From: Botryllus schlosseri
Taxonomy: Eukaryota
Direction of reading: 5' to 3'
DNA: 64,000 nt
NCBI GenBank assembly: GCA_051294905.1
Contig: CM119371.1
Coordinates: forward strand, 9,984,001 to 10,048,000
Made by a program: the position numbers and the translations under genes
Shown: in pieces, positions 1 to 13,000 of the stretch
Numbering within the stretch: position 1 is the first letter of the stretch
Layout of the letters: the number at the start of each line of letters is the position of its first letter
The notes under the pieces: model-generated
What the model saw: only the letters and a program-made list of their open reading frames with translations
What the model was told of the DNA's origin: nothing
Database searches by the model: none

Positions 1-1465
1 TTCGATTAAAAGTGCATGAGCCGTAACATATTTTCCACATTTTTGTTTTTGACGACCATTGCTCAAGAAAAAACAAGATTTCGAAACCATTCCGCAGAGT
101 CCAAAGTTGCCCACTCCAAATTTAAACAATTCGCCAGACCTATGAGCTCTTACTGATTCGTTTTGTATTAAAAGCCTTGATAACTTTTGCAGTAGGCTAG
201 ATGCGATATCCTATATATTCAACAGTTTTTTGCTGTTCGTGTACTGACTATTTTAATTTCGTCGTGTTTTTCCGGTGTCTGTGTAAGTATTCGAATCGAT
301 TGGAGCATGCAGGATTGTGGTTGTCGACTTGTTAGCAGGAGATAACAGGTGGTACATATCAATCAGTGAAGCTCAGTAAAAGATGATCAGGGTAAAATTC
401 GAGATTCTGAGTCTGATAAGACGTCAGTAATAATGGTGAAGTCAGTAATAACGTCAGTTATAATGGCTGTGCTTAGTATCCTTCTGCTTTTTCGAAGTCC
501 TTGGAGATGACTTCTGGAAGAATGCAAAAACGTGGTATTCTCATGTAATAATGCCTATATTTAGATTTTTGTGAGGAAGGCCTTGGGAAACAGGTAATCG
601 CAAAAGGTTTGCAACTGAGAAAGTCTAACTGCCGTGACTGATGATGAAATACTTAAAATACTGCTTTGGCATTTGCATCTTATACAGCTACCTATTCCGA
701 AAGTACAATGGTAAGCGCACCGAACATAGTCGAAACTTTATTATCGCTGTTTCAGCTTGAAATAGACTAGCTATACGATTTTTTAGAACAGCTTAGCAGA
801 AGTATAGTGTCGAGCGCAGATACGGAGCCGGATTGATGTAGATATATACGGTTCCGAAAAATATATTTAATCAAGATATTGATTCAAGATATCGACATTA
901 TTGAAACATTATCTCGATTCAATTGTTTATATATGACCTAAACCGCTGATGCAAATGCAGTGAATGTTTAAATAGTACCATGATTAAGAAAGAATTATTG
1001 GAATTAATGTAAATCAAGTTCTGCAATGAAAGTTAAAAAAAATCAGATATTGCAATTGTAGACGAATTTCTCATTTCAGAGTCATCCCAATATTCAATGA
1101 AAGGCGAGTGTTTCTTAATCATCTTCCCATCGTATACCACCAATTTGTTTCTATTGCACTGCGTACCATCTGGTATGATAATGACTTATTTTAGTGAAAT
1201 GCATTTAATAAATTTAGCGTTATTACTATGCCATAACAACGATGAATGGCAAGAAAACAGACTTTTAATGTGATAAAAAAACTGTTTCGTGTCCACAAGC
1301 TTGTCTGCACATCTAGTTGAATGATTTCTTACAAGAACAAACTGCAAATGTAAACTAAAATAATCTAAAAATCGCCTAATTATTCGCGCCACCTCTTAAA
1401 ATGCTCTCGCGTACCCCTAATAGTGTTAGCCTACGTGTACCACAGTGTGAGAACCACCGAAATAA

Positions 1466-4400
1466 GGGTGGGTTTCAAATAGTCAACCTAATCCCGTCGT
1501 CGGGCTTAAGCTACACCCCTCAGCCCTAAGTCAATTTCAAAACTGTGACTTAAGGGGATTTCCCTCCCAGCGTGGTCTTTGTTAAGACAGATATCCAAGC
1601 CTGGTAGGGGGTAGGCTGAAGTCTCCTGTGCTGGTAACTGTTGTGCTGTTTTTTGGAGGAGGTAGGCCATTTTTCTGATGAACAGCTAGTCAAATCAGAT
1701 GATATTATTGTTTAGTGCTGTCAGGCAGTTTGGAGCAATGTTTTATCACATAACGTGATCCATCTTGTCATGAACGTGACAATCTGATATGATATACCGT
1801 TATATAATGGGATTTACAGTGAACAAATGCTGCAGGGTTCTTCATAAGCAGATCTCATTTGAAATGGATAGCCAGAGCCCTGAGCACTGGACACCTCAGC
1901 ACTTCTCCCATAACCGCACCATATTGTATCAAGTAATGTTCCCTATGACCACCGTAACCCTCGTCATCTGACTCCAATCAATTTGGTTACGAATATGATA
2001 TGACTATGGTTACGAGACACGGGAAGTGATATTTGGGGTAAGGCGTAAAGGTGTGCCTAGCGTTGGACTTGCGAATCCCGCCCATTTCGGTAAAGAAAGG
2101 TCAGCGATAAGAATCCGCTACGGGTAATGATGCTGATCAGTGGTCATGGGGAACATCAGTTAATATAGTGCATGTATCGAAGAAGCCCCAAGATGAGATT
2201 TTAGGTTGCGGCAGATCAACAGGTCCTTTATTGATAGCCTACGTCCAACGTCAACTCATCATTATTGTTTTCTCGACTGGTTACGTCTTTTAACTTAGGC
2301 ACGTTGACGTTTTGACAGTTTGCCGTTGCTGTGGTTCTAGTCGAAAAGTTAACACACGACGCGTCACCAGAAAATAGAAAATATGTATCATGCTCATTTC
2401 GTTGAGCCTAATCAATGTTGCACCACTTGCACGCAACTGTGATTGATTTCAGGGTTCCCCTAAATATCCATTTTTGCTCCCCCCTATGAGCATTGTCATG
2501 AATATGATTAACCGCTACCTTCTAGAATAGTGCCGACTACATCGAACTTTGATCAATATGTGTTTTTTCAACCAGCATTGTATTGATATTCCGCTCACTG
2601 CACGCGGACCGAATTTCAGCATAGTGGATAAAGATCCAGAAGTTTCGGAAAGAAAAATTACATGACTAGGCATGAAGTTGTTAGTGAATTGCTATAGATG
2701 TGAAGCAATGTTCCCTCTAATTTTGACGCTATAGATTTGAAGCAATGTTCCCTCTAATTTTTGACGAGTCTGTGCGTACACTCAAGAACTCACTACTCAG
2801 ACCCACGGACAACAGTGCGTAACGACTAAAAAAGGGTCATGACTTCAGATTTTCTGTGTGCATAGACCATGTCAGCACTGCGCATCTGCGCATGTATGCA
2901 GCTTAAAGGGGCCATTGATTTGAAGTGATATATGCCAATAATATTAAAAGTGCAGTACATGCTAACGCTTCAGTAATCCAAATGTTTTGAGATATATGTC
3001 AATCCAACATTGATTTTCACAGATTTGCTACCCAGTCATGGTATCGACATAGTAGCATAATCAGTCAATGTAAAAATTATTATATAGCTGTGCAATGTGC
3101 CACCAGAGTGAGCTGCAGGCTGTGAAACAAATGATAGCACCATTCTTTTGGAACACAGAGAAAATCAAACGAGCAGTGATGTGCCAAGCCATCAAATAGG
3201 TATTTATCTATCTATCCGTATATGAGAGTGTGAATGCGCATACCAATATCCAGTTCCTTTTATATTAAGGTTTTTCTGAAAGCACTTTGCTCGAGCTTTA
3301 TCCAGTTCCTCGCACCGTGATACCAACACTGGGCTGTAAGTATGTCATTTCCATTCATATTTATACCATGCTTGATAAGTTGTTTTGTGATAGATGCTGA
3401 CCCATCTGATCTGCCAACTTATGGAGTAGCAGTTGGGAGCTGCATCTGCTAGTTGTTTGGGCAACATTTCCAACCAAATCAAGGTAAATTTGCATTCATT
3501 ACTAGGCCATCAATTGTCTGTTTGTTATCTCATTATTATTGCTATTATTATTATTATCTAATTATTATTGCTATTAACATTCGTATAGTTTGCTGATGCT
3601 ATGTATTACAATAGACTACTGAGTTTTGTATGGATAGCACCAGTATAAAAATTTAAAAAATTCGTTCGAAATTTATCAGTTATATCTCTACCAACAGCTC
3701 ACCGAAGTCCAGGCCCGAAGTCAAGTATGAAGCAGCGAATATTTGAACATCAGTGATAAAGCAGAAGAGAATGAAGCAAGTTGAGCATGGTCTCAACGTT
3801 AATAATTATAGAAGATGCTGAACAACATTAATTTGACGCTAGCCGAATCTAGAGTCAAAACATGTCTTTTGTACATTTGATTCAATTTTGTTCAGCCGTT
3901 CATGTTCGCCTGCTCCAGTTTTCTAAGCCCCTTGCAATAACTTCGCTATCTTGTTTCCAAATTTATGAACTTGAACTTACTTAAAGCCATAATGCACATT
4001 TTACCTCATTTTAACGTGTCACAAGAAATAAAGCACGAGTATGTTTTGGAATGTAATCGAATGTATTGCAAACAAGAATGCCAGCTAGAAAAAATCTCTA
4101 GATCATGCGTTGTCGTGCAGATTTCTCTGTAGGAGTCGATACTGTGGGAGTGCGGTCAACGCTTCCAGTTGCAGTATGTCATCAAATTCAGCTCCATCTG
4201 CCTTGTCAGCATTGCTATGATTGTAAAGGCAGAAGCAGGCTATTGTCATATCGATATTCTGAGGTTCTTCCTTGAATATAGCCAATGCGTGAGATATTTT
4301 CTTCAACACAAAGCACTGCGCTCTGCCAGAGGGTAACAATATGCATGAAAACAATAGTGACTTTTTTCGGTCAACGTTCTTGGGCATAATAGTGGCGTGA

Positions 4401-4876
4401 GTAATAAGTCCTCAGTGGATATTCAGCATCTCCAAGACCATAATCTTCATCAATTATTACGCCATAATGCTGGGCAGTTGTGTCTTCAAAAATCGGTATC
4501 ACAGCCGCACTATTTCTTCGAATACTTTGCGATAACGTGCTGATCATTTGCCAGATACTTCCTCGGGGTTCCGTTCTGATCATCCGTCCGTAAATTTAAA
4601 CAACTCAAGCAATTCCATATTCCTTCACTGCATCGCTACCATACTTTACGACATCAGCAAGCAACTCAAAACAATAACAACTGGCCTCGGTTCCGTGTTG
4701 AACTCGCTACAGCGACGAAGTAGACAGTAATTACTCGCAACTAACGGACTTGGCCGAGCGCGGCGCCAAATTGACATTTGAAACCGAAGTAAGACCACCG
4801 ACGCCTGGCGTCTTGAGCAAGTCAATCACTGGCCTTAAGCCAGGTCTAAATTAAGACAACTTTTCGAAACCCACCC
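1466..4876. mobile_element. Decayed PIF/Harbinger DNA transposon
   Basis: Terminal inverted repeats (TIRs) GGGTGGGTTTC(A/G)AA at both ends with a TAA TSD (1463-1465, 4877-4879). Degraded transposase-like fragments on + (SVNV...NDSTIL near 3060-3150) and a Myb/SANT-like remnant on - (IWNCLSCLN...RNPEEVSGK near 4540-4630). Confidence 0.75.
2743..2917. mobile_element. Small hAT-type MITE (CAATGTTCCCTCTAA family) nested in the Harbinger element
   Basis: Ends CAATGTTCCCTCTAA / TTAAAGGGGCCATTG; 8-bp TSD ATTTGAAG; related copies near 23604-23777 and 51200-51390. Confidence 0.7.
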
Positions 4877-4909
4877 TAAATGTATGTAATATTGGTCACA
4901 ACACAGTGG

Positions 4910-5215
4910 TGTTTATTGCGTTTTAGGCCTTGTGCTTCACGAGACGAATTTTATAATGAACATGGGTCTTTGCTTTTTGTATTCTTGCGGACGTCTTTCA
5001 ATCTCTCTCGAGGTCATTGTTCAGTCGCTCTCACTCCCATGCGTCACAATCGGGGTCGTTGCTGCCGACTTGTAGCTTGGCTCACTATGCGTCTGGGCTT
5101 TTTACTGCACTGCAGTTGCAGTGCGCTCGGCAAACAGGAGCGTAGATAAAGCTCCGACACATATAAGTTGGTCAGAACCAACCAGGATTCTAAACCACAT
5201 CACACTGGTGTCGTG
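4910..5215 (-). mobile_element. tRNA-derived SINE, copy A
   Basis: Colinear with 16583-16881 over ~300 bp; degenerate reversed B-box near 5185. Confidence 0.6.
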
Positions 5216-6991
5216 ACGCTGGTTTTGATATCATTCTTACAACAAATGAGATCGAAATATAAAATAAATAAATTCTGAATTATTCGCCTACCACATAAAA
5301 ATCTCTCGCGTACCACAAGTCGAAAACCATTGAATTAACTATTTCGAATATTTAACCGGTCATGTCATGGAAAATCAACATAGAACTTCCGGTTGCGCAT
5401 CTATCACACTAGAAATAATATTCATTACAGATATGATATTGTTGATACCTAGGAATCGAATAACATTACGAAAGAATGACCAATGGAAAAATCAAATGAG
5501 CAGAAGATATGCTCGAAATACATGTCATCGGACAGCATGTAATTTTCGTGTCATCACAATACGTGCTGTTAATATTCTATATATATGTATAATGTTACGA
5601 TCATGTGGTCGACGTAACGTTGATTCTGCAAAAGCGACGATGAGTGACAACCAGGAAGTATATGCATGTAGTGTCTCAGAAAATAAAACAAACTATAAAA
5701 AGTCATTTTGTTCTTTCACATGTTAGCATAGGCAGGTAAATAATGAACTCTCCGAGCGAAGCCGTGTACGAAGAGCACCTTTTCGATGTTTACGAAGCCC
5801 CAATGTCAGGTAATGAAAAAAATCGTACGGATTAGCTACGGATGTTCTTATTTCTTTACAATGAAAATCAGTGCAAATTTTACTCGAAATAATTACTTTT
5901 TTCAATCATCCATGTATTATAGAACTGCAGCGACGATTAAATATAGAGTTATATTCACAACAAAAAATAATTTATAAAAAACATGTTTCAGACATAACCC
6001 TTGAATCTTCATTTGTGACGTCACATTGGACATTTTCATATGAATCCTTTAAAATTGGAATTAAAAATGTACGGTCACTATATGTCTTATTTGTAAAATA
6101 GGTCTCTGCCATGTCTTTGCATATTGCATCTAATATTAAAGTGCAAATTGCACGCCACAATTTGGCGGATCAGCAAGGTTAAAACTGTCGAATGGAAGAA
6201 ATTCATAACAAATTCCGATTTCATTTGGATAGTTTTCGGCCTTGCGTTAATATTTCAAAGAGTTTTCTTGTTTGCACTGCAACCCTCTCCATATAAGATT
6301 GTAATCAAAATATTATCGTGGATCACACAACTTAATTGAATTCGACTCTGAGAATTCAAGGCAGATAGACTGTTCACAAATTCTGTTCGCGTTCTTCAAC
6401 ACTACCGAGAAGGTGCCTCGATGATAATAATGACTTATTAGTCGTATACATTACATATGTTAGCTAATTCTTGATAGCTTTGGGACGTAGGCTCCATTTT
6501 TCCTTGAGAAAAAGAATGCGTTTTCACCATATTAGCTATGCTGGTTTGGCCGCAGCGGAAAGTCCGTCACTGACAACCAATGCCGTAGGAAATAGCCTAT
6601 CTTGTATCATGTTCTTTCATTACATTAATGATACATACATCATCTTACTAAATGGACCGTGTGCTTAGAGTTCGATGGTGAATTCGATTTTATTGCCTTT
6701 GTGAAACGAAATCCAGGGACATGAATTTATAGTTATCTCAAAAGTTAATCGATGACAAGAATGACAATACCAAATACCAAACTGAAAAAAAATCATGTTT
6801 AAATGAAATAACAGAAAGAAACACCTGCAACTTATACACTTCCGCAGTATGAATTTCCCTATCTACTAAATTCCTCCAGGAATTTGATATTGATGGCATT
6901 TCTTTCAGCGCGCTACGTTTCGCAACCCATACGATCGCGAAGCCCCGATCGCTCGACTGGCAAACCCCAGCAATCAAATGAGAGTGTGAAC

Positions 6992-7087
6992 ATGAACCGC
7001 AAGCTGTACCTAGTGTGCCTGCTGACATCGTTGATGTTGGCAATATCTGTAGTCGTATTACAGGCGTTCGTGCTCGAGAAACAAACG
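6992..7087 (+). CDS. Intelectin-like exon 1 (signal peptide or signal anchor)
   Basis: ATG at 6992; [32 protein letters not shown]; donor GTAAGT; phase 0. Confidence 0.8.
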
Positions 7088-10000
7088 GTAAGTGGCTATG
7101 TCACCCATCATTTGTACAGTCACTTTAGCGTGATCAATTCACTTGCGAGTAATCCATTCACACTCCACGTAAATGTGCACAGTAAGGTGCATAGTTATTT
7201 GTAATTGCCAGTAGATCTAGTTCCCGATTGCTGTTCTGAATTTTGGTTTGCATCTGAGTTGTCTGAACCAAGACCAATTCTGCTAACGTGAACTCCAAAG
7301 ATATAGGCGTCCAAAATCTGGGAAACACTGTGGCATACGCAGGGGAGCGCGTATTGCCAATGTATTATACTCATCTGTATCATCGGTTCTCTCAATTTTA
7401 TATCCCTATTCGAAAATGCAAAAAGTCTGACGCATCAAATGCATAAAATGTTTGATTGATTGATAGAAATTTGAAATCTATTTTGTTGCATGGTGTCGTA
7501 GTATATATAGTTCATAATCTACTTTGGACTCGATGCAATCCAAAATTGTGCCTGTTTTACAGTGCAGCTAACGGGTTATATCAAACTAAAAGTTGTCTTC
7601 AATACTCCTGACTTGCCAAAGCGATTCGGGTATAAAGTTATCCAAGGTTTCCCTGTTTAGACAATGTATTCGATGTTGGGCGCAGCTGAAGAGCGAACAG
7701 TTAGTTCATGTTTGGACATGAGACAGCTCGGCGTCGTAAACAGCGGCATACATAAAGTGCAGGTGTCAGATGAGAATGTACCAATTGAGGTAATTTTCAT
7801 AACAATATGCCATAATTTCCTTACCAGGACTTCGGAACTTGCTAACCAGATGTAATTTCAAACCCAAGGATATTTCGCCAACAAGTACTTTCGTATACTA
7901 AGCTACATATTCAAGTAGAATATACAGTTTACACTTGTGCGTGATCTCCCGATCTATAAATTGCACATATCCGCGTTTAACAGCGTGCTGATATTGTTGT
8001 GGACTGGACACGCTAATATTAAAATAATAAAACCAACGATGGTCTCTGGCCCCATTGGATGATCAACACAACTTCTAAGGGCGGTCTTCACCACCCAGAT
8101 GTCCTTTCCTTCTACGAGGAATTTCACCGGTACCGTTACATTTTATCGATGCATACGTTTCACACACACACACACACACATACACACACACACACATACA
8201 CACACACACACAAACACACACAAACACACACACACACACACAAACACACACAAGCACACATACTTACACACAAACACACATACACACATACACACATACA
8301 CATACATACACACACACAAACACACACGTTTCGTGTCCCCGTAACGATTGTCGATGGTAATAAAGGTAAGAATCGCTCACACGTACCATATCAAACTAAA
8401 CAAATATTCATTTTGTGAGACGCATGCGGGTCCAAATTCGTATTTCGTCATGGGGAGCAGTATATTTTTATTTGCGGATCGCATTGGTACCTCGAGGATC
8501 ATGTGGCATAGGGTTACCATACGTCCTCCTTTTTCAGGTTTTTGAAAATGTCCTCCGATGACGCCTAAATGTCCTCCATTTTGACAGTTCGTCCTCCTTT
8601 ACAGCTTTTACAGCTAGGATAATGGACAGATTGGACCGAAAATGGGTATAAATGACGCTAAATAGAAAATACGGACGTTTGAGGGGGTAATTCGGGTGTC
8701 GCTTCAAAATGACGACCATTTTATAGGTGAAATTCACTAAATTCAATAAAATGTATTTAAATCGCGAGTCCAACGAAAGTGCTGACCTTTTTTTCCAGTC
8801 CACTCCACATATTTTCCGGCAAAACAGCAAAATCCGCTGATTTCAGAGTTGATCAGCAAACTTTTATGATTTGGTAAAAGTGTCCTTCTTTTCCTATTCC
8901 AAAATATGGTAACCCCGATGTTGCAAGAATAGGATTTTTAGATGCTGAACATTTCTGCGACTGGACATATTATTATCGGAGGCTTTGGTCAACTGGGGTT
9001 GAACATTTCATGCTAACGTTTCATCGTCGTCAATCGATATGGGAGCTCATTTCGCGAAGCCGCAATTTGGTCGAAACCTTATGTGTCCCGGCGCCGAAAC
9101 GCGAGCTCGTAATCGAAAACCAGTTGGTTGCACACAGCGTGTTACGTCTTTAAGCGATATAAAAATTCCTTTCAGCTATGTTAATGAGTACAAGGTAGTA
9201 ATTTCGTCACCAAGTCACAAGGTTTCAAGCCAATCTCACTTTTATAGTCTTGACTTGAGTCAAGTCGAGTCATTTTGAATTGACCACTGAGTCAAGATCG
9301 AGTCCAGGTTGGGGAGCAGAGGTTTGTGTCTGAGTCATTGTGTTATGACCATAGTGTCCAAGTTCAAGTCCTTGTGTTGATTGTTCAGTTTCGTAATAAA
9401 GTCTTCTGAAACCCACTTTTTACAACTCTGCTTTGTGATGACGAATGATTCGCATTCACAATATACAAATTTTACACACTTTTATAAATTTCTGGTCGCA
9501 TTTTCAAGTACCCATACTAATATCTACTCCATCATAAACTGATTTTCATTTATTACGCAATTCTTGGTGTGGTGCAAAAGACCAACAGGTGATAAGCGCC
9601 AAATCTTTCTTTTTAATAAACAACAACAACAACAACCCATACTAATAGACGAAATATTAATTGTGAGGAAACTTTCGCATTCGTCAAATTACATTGAAAT
9701 ATAGGTTCAAGGCGTTCGAGTATAGAGTCAAATGACTTGGTGCATGGCATGTCCAATGACTCACGGACAACTCGAGTCAATACTCGGACTGACTCAAATC
9801 GAGTCGAGTAATTTTCTGCATTTAGAGATGTCTCGAGTCAAGTCGAGTCACCAAAAAAATCGCGACTCGAGTGATACTGATTACAGCCCTGCGTGACACA
9901 CATGAGAACCACAAGAAAGCGTCCGAGAGATAACGTAAAGAATGAAGAAAAGTATCTTATATTTCAGTTGCGCTCGTGATATGATTAACAGACGACTTAT

Positions 10001-13000
10001 TCAGGAAGCAGCACCTTCTCCTAGGAAAGTCGTGACATCTACTCTTTCATATCAATACATCGTTTCCTTTTGCAGGTCTTTTGTGACATGGAAACTGACA
10101 ATGGAGGGTGGACTTTGGTTGCCAGCATCCATGAATCTGATATCAAGAGGAAGTGTACATTTGACGACAGGTGGTCGACCTACGCAAAAAATATTGAAGA
10201 TCACAGAGGTGAACACTGAACATGTTATGCGGACGACAGAAAAAAAGCCATATATATCGTATAAATTTCACTGATTTAATTCAGGGAATTAGACTCATGT
10301 GTATCCATGGTACATGGCAGTCACACAGTTACGATATCTGTAGTTTTGTCGTCGCACTATCACCTCGCGTTGTTCGAGCTGTATGGTCCATTGTCACATG
10401 TTCAGGTGTCAAAATGGCAGGGCTATGGAGTCGGTTCCTTTTACCACCGACACCAACTCGGACACTAGAGTCTAGAGTCTAGACCAGTGGTTCCCAACCT
10501 TTTTGACCTCGCGGCACACTTCGAAAATTAAAAATAGTTCGCGGCACACTAGCACAGTGTTCCGAACTCTTTTGGCTTATACGCACAGGCAACCACCAGA
10601 ATGCGTATATCAGCAACCATAGTTTTACAGAGGTGGTCACTGACTAAATACTGCTACCTTTTCGGAGCACTCAAGTTGGCGTTTCTCTGCTTGAGTTTTC
10701 TTTTATCTCTGCGGACATCTCACAAATACGTCTACGAATGGTATCATTTGACATGGGACTCGTTTTCAATTCTTCCCAAACATTTTTTTACGATTTTTTT
10801 GCAGGCCGGAAGAAGAGCTTTCTCCGTTTCCATGTGAGGTTTTGAATTATCAGCTATTAACTCTGTTACCACATAACTGGCCTGTTGAGATATCGTTCAA
10901 ACTTCAGGTTCAGCTTAATTTCATAAGATTGACTTGACAATGAAGTCTGCCCACTACCGCATTGTCGATGTAATTAACCGTCGCATCGAAGAGTCCATCA
11001 CGATCGCCACTAACAAATACGGAGGTGTATTATACAATATACATGGATGCCAAACGCATTTCCACGCAGATAGTGTAATAGCACCTGTGAGGATAGTATA
11101 CCTCACTTACTCGTAGCCACCCGCAGTTCAATTGTAGTTCCAATAAATCGGGATAATAAACCTCAGCGGAGGGGAAATTTGTAACTGATATAATTTGATC
11201 AACTTTACTTCTCAATTCTCGAATTAATCGCCTGCAACATAATATTGCGCACTGAGCCTTCATTTTAACTGCAGTTCTGGCACGCTACCTAACAATCGAG
11301 ATGTGAATGGCAATGTTGGCAATTCTAATGAGTTCATTTCTCGATGGTGAGAATGCTTTCCTAGGTGTTGGAGGTTTATGTAGGCCCCTACTCGTCCTAC
11401 GATCTGCAAAAGCAGTGTCTTGCATAAAGTGGGCCGTGCTATAAGTTGGCATCTCAGGAATCAAAATATGTAATATCGGCATGGTGTAAAATGATCATCG
11501 ATGACGAAGACATGGCAAGAATACGACTACAAATAGAAACATAAAAAGGTCATCAACCTGCGTCATGTCCCTGTTCTGCCTCCGATTGTGATGGGGGTGA
11601 CAAGTAAAAGGTGAACAGTTCGTCCACATCTCAATATCACGGTCCAATTACCCGAGTTTAGTTATCACCGTCCTAATTGCTACTGATGCTACTATGTGGG
11701 CAAACTAGCATACCACACCCATTGACGGTGGAGGCCCCAGTTTGATTCATGGCAGTGCAGTAGCAAGTAACAAAGCGTTGCAGATTTATTAGATCATCCG
11801 CCCCTATATACGTTGCTGTGCTCAGAACGTCTTTACAATAAAAAGTCCAGAGAAAGACTCAATCCATGACCTAATGGGGATGCCAGATTGAAATACTAGA
11901 TTGAGATACAGTAATTACGGTCGCTTCGGCTTCCTTATATCTGTTCATTGCATCGGATTGTGCATCGCGTGTCTTGATCGGGTAAATTCAATACAAAAAC
12001 CAACAATGACACACTCAAAATTGGGATTTTTGTTATACTTCGACATAGTTTACCACATTTGCTCGCGGCACACCACCGCAGTCCAATTGGCACACTAGTG
12101 TGCCGCGGCACACCGGTTGGGAACCACTGGTCTAGACGATAGACGATAGACGACGTTTTCAATATACCGACTATGGGAATTTTAAATTCAGACTTCGATC
12201 CCTGCTCCGACATCAAACATTTTCTTCGCAGAGCTCCGACTAGGACATTTCCGTACATCATACACTATATTGATGATACAACAGCTATTTTCCACTTTCG
12301 GCCTTCAGATAACAAGTATCATGGTTTTTGTTGTGTCCAGCAAGTTACCATTGGCCGTACTCAGTACTAGACTCTTGGTGGCCGCAGGAATTCTCCATTT
12401 AAATGCTTCCATCGTGAGTGAGCTGTCATACTTAAAGCCGATTAGATGTGAACTATGTATATGAGCAAATCATCTACATACGTGTGTTTCAGGAAAATCG
12501 AACTGGGAGAACTCCATGATATTTGGAGCAGTGAGAAGCTGCTTGCAAGATGACTATAAAAACTATCTTTTTTACAAGTTACGCGTGAGTACCAAAGTAC
12601 ACTGAACCGCATGTGCCACTTATCCTGCTACGATAAAACGTAACCTTCACACCTTGTTCAAAGGCAGGCCTGCTTTCCGAGTATTTATAAGAACTGAACC
12701 ATTTTAGATCGCATCTTAAATTCACGGTGGCATAGCCCTATATGCAGGACCGTAACTGCTGCGCCCCATAGGCTACCCCTCAATTGCGGAGGGAGGTGAG
12801 CTCAAAGGGGGCGTGATTATTTCGTGAATGAACATAAATTATAGACCATATTTTTTTTAAATTTATGCAACTTTAGTCAATTTTTTTTCGCACTACACGC
12901 GATCTATTGTCGCCTAATTTCTTGAATATCGGTTACCGTACCCCAAAGAAAAAATACGCATGATTCATAGAAATGGGCATGTTGTCGTCGTCAATATCGC

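Noticed and set aside
280..720. Possible exons or LINE ORF1 remnant at the window start
   Set aside because: Only short open stretches with no recognisable motif chain, and no consistent splice model could be built.
8059..8418. His/Thr-rich and Val/Cys-rich ORFs
   Set aside because: They are translations of the (CA)n microsatellite.
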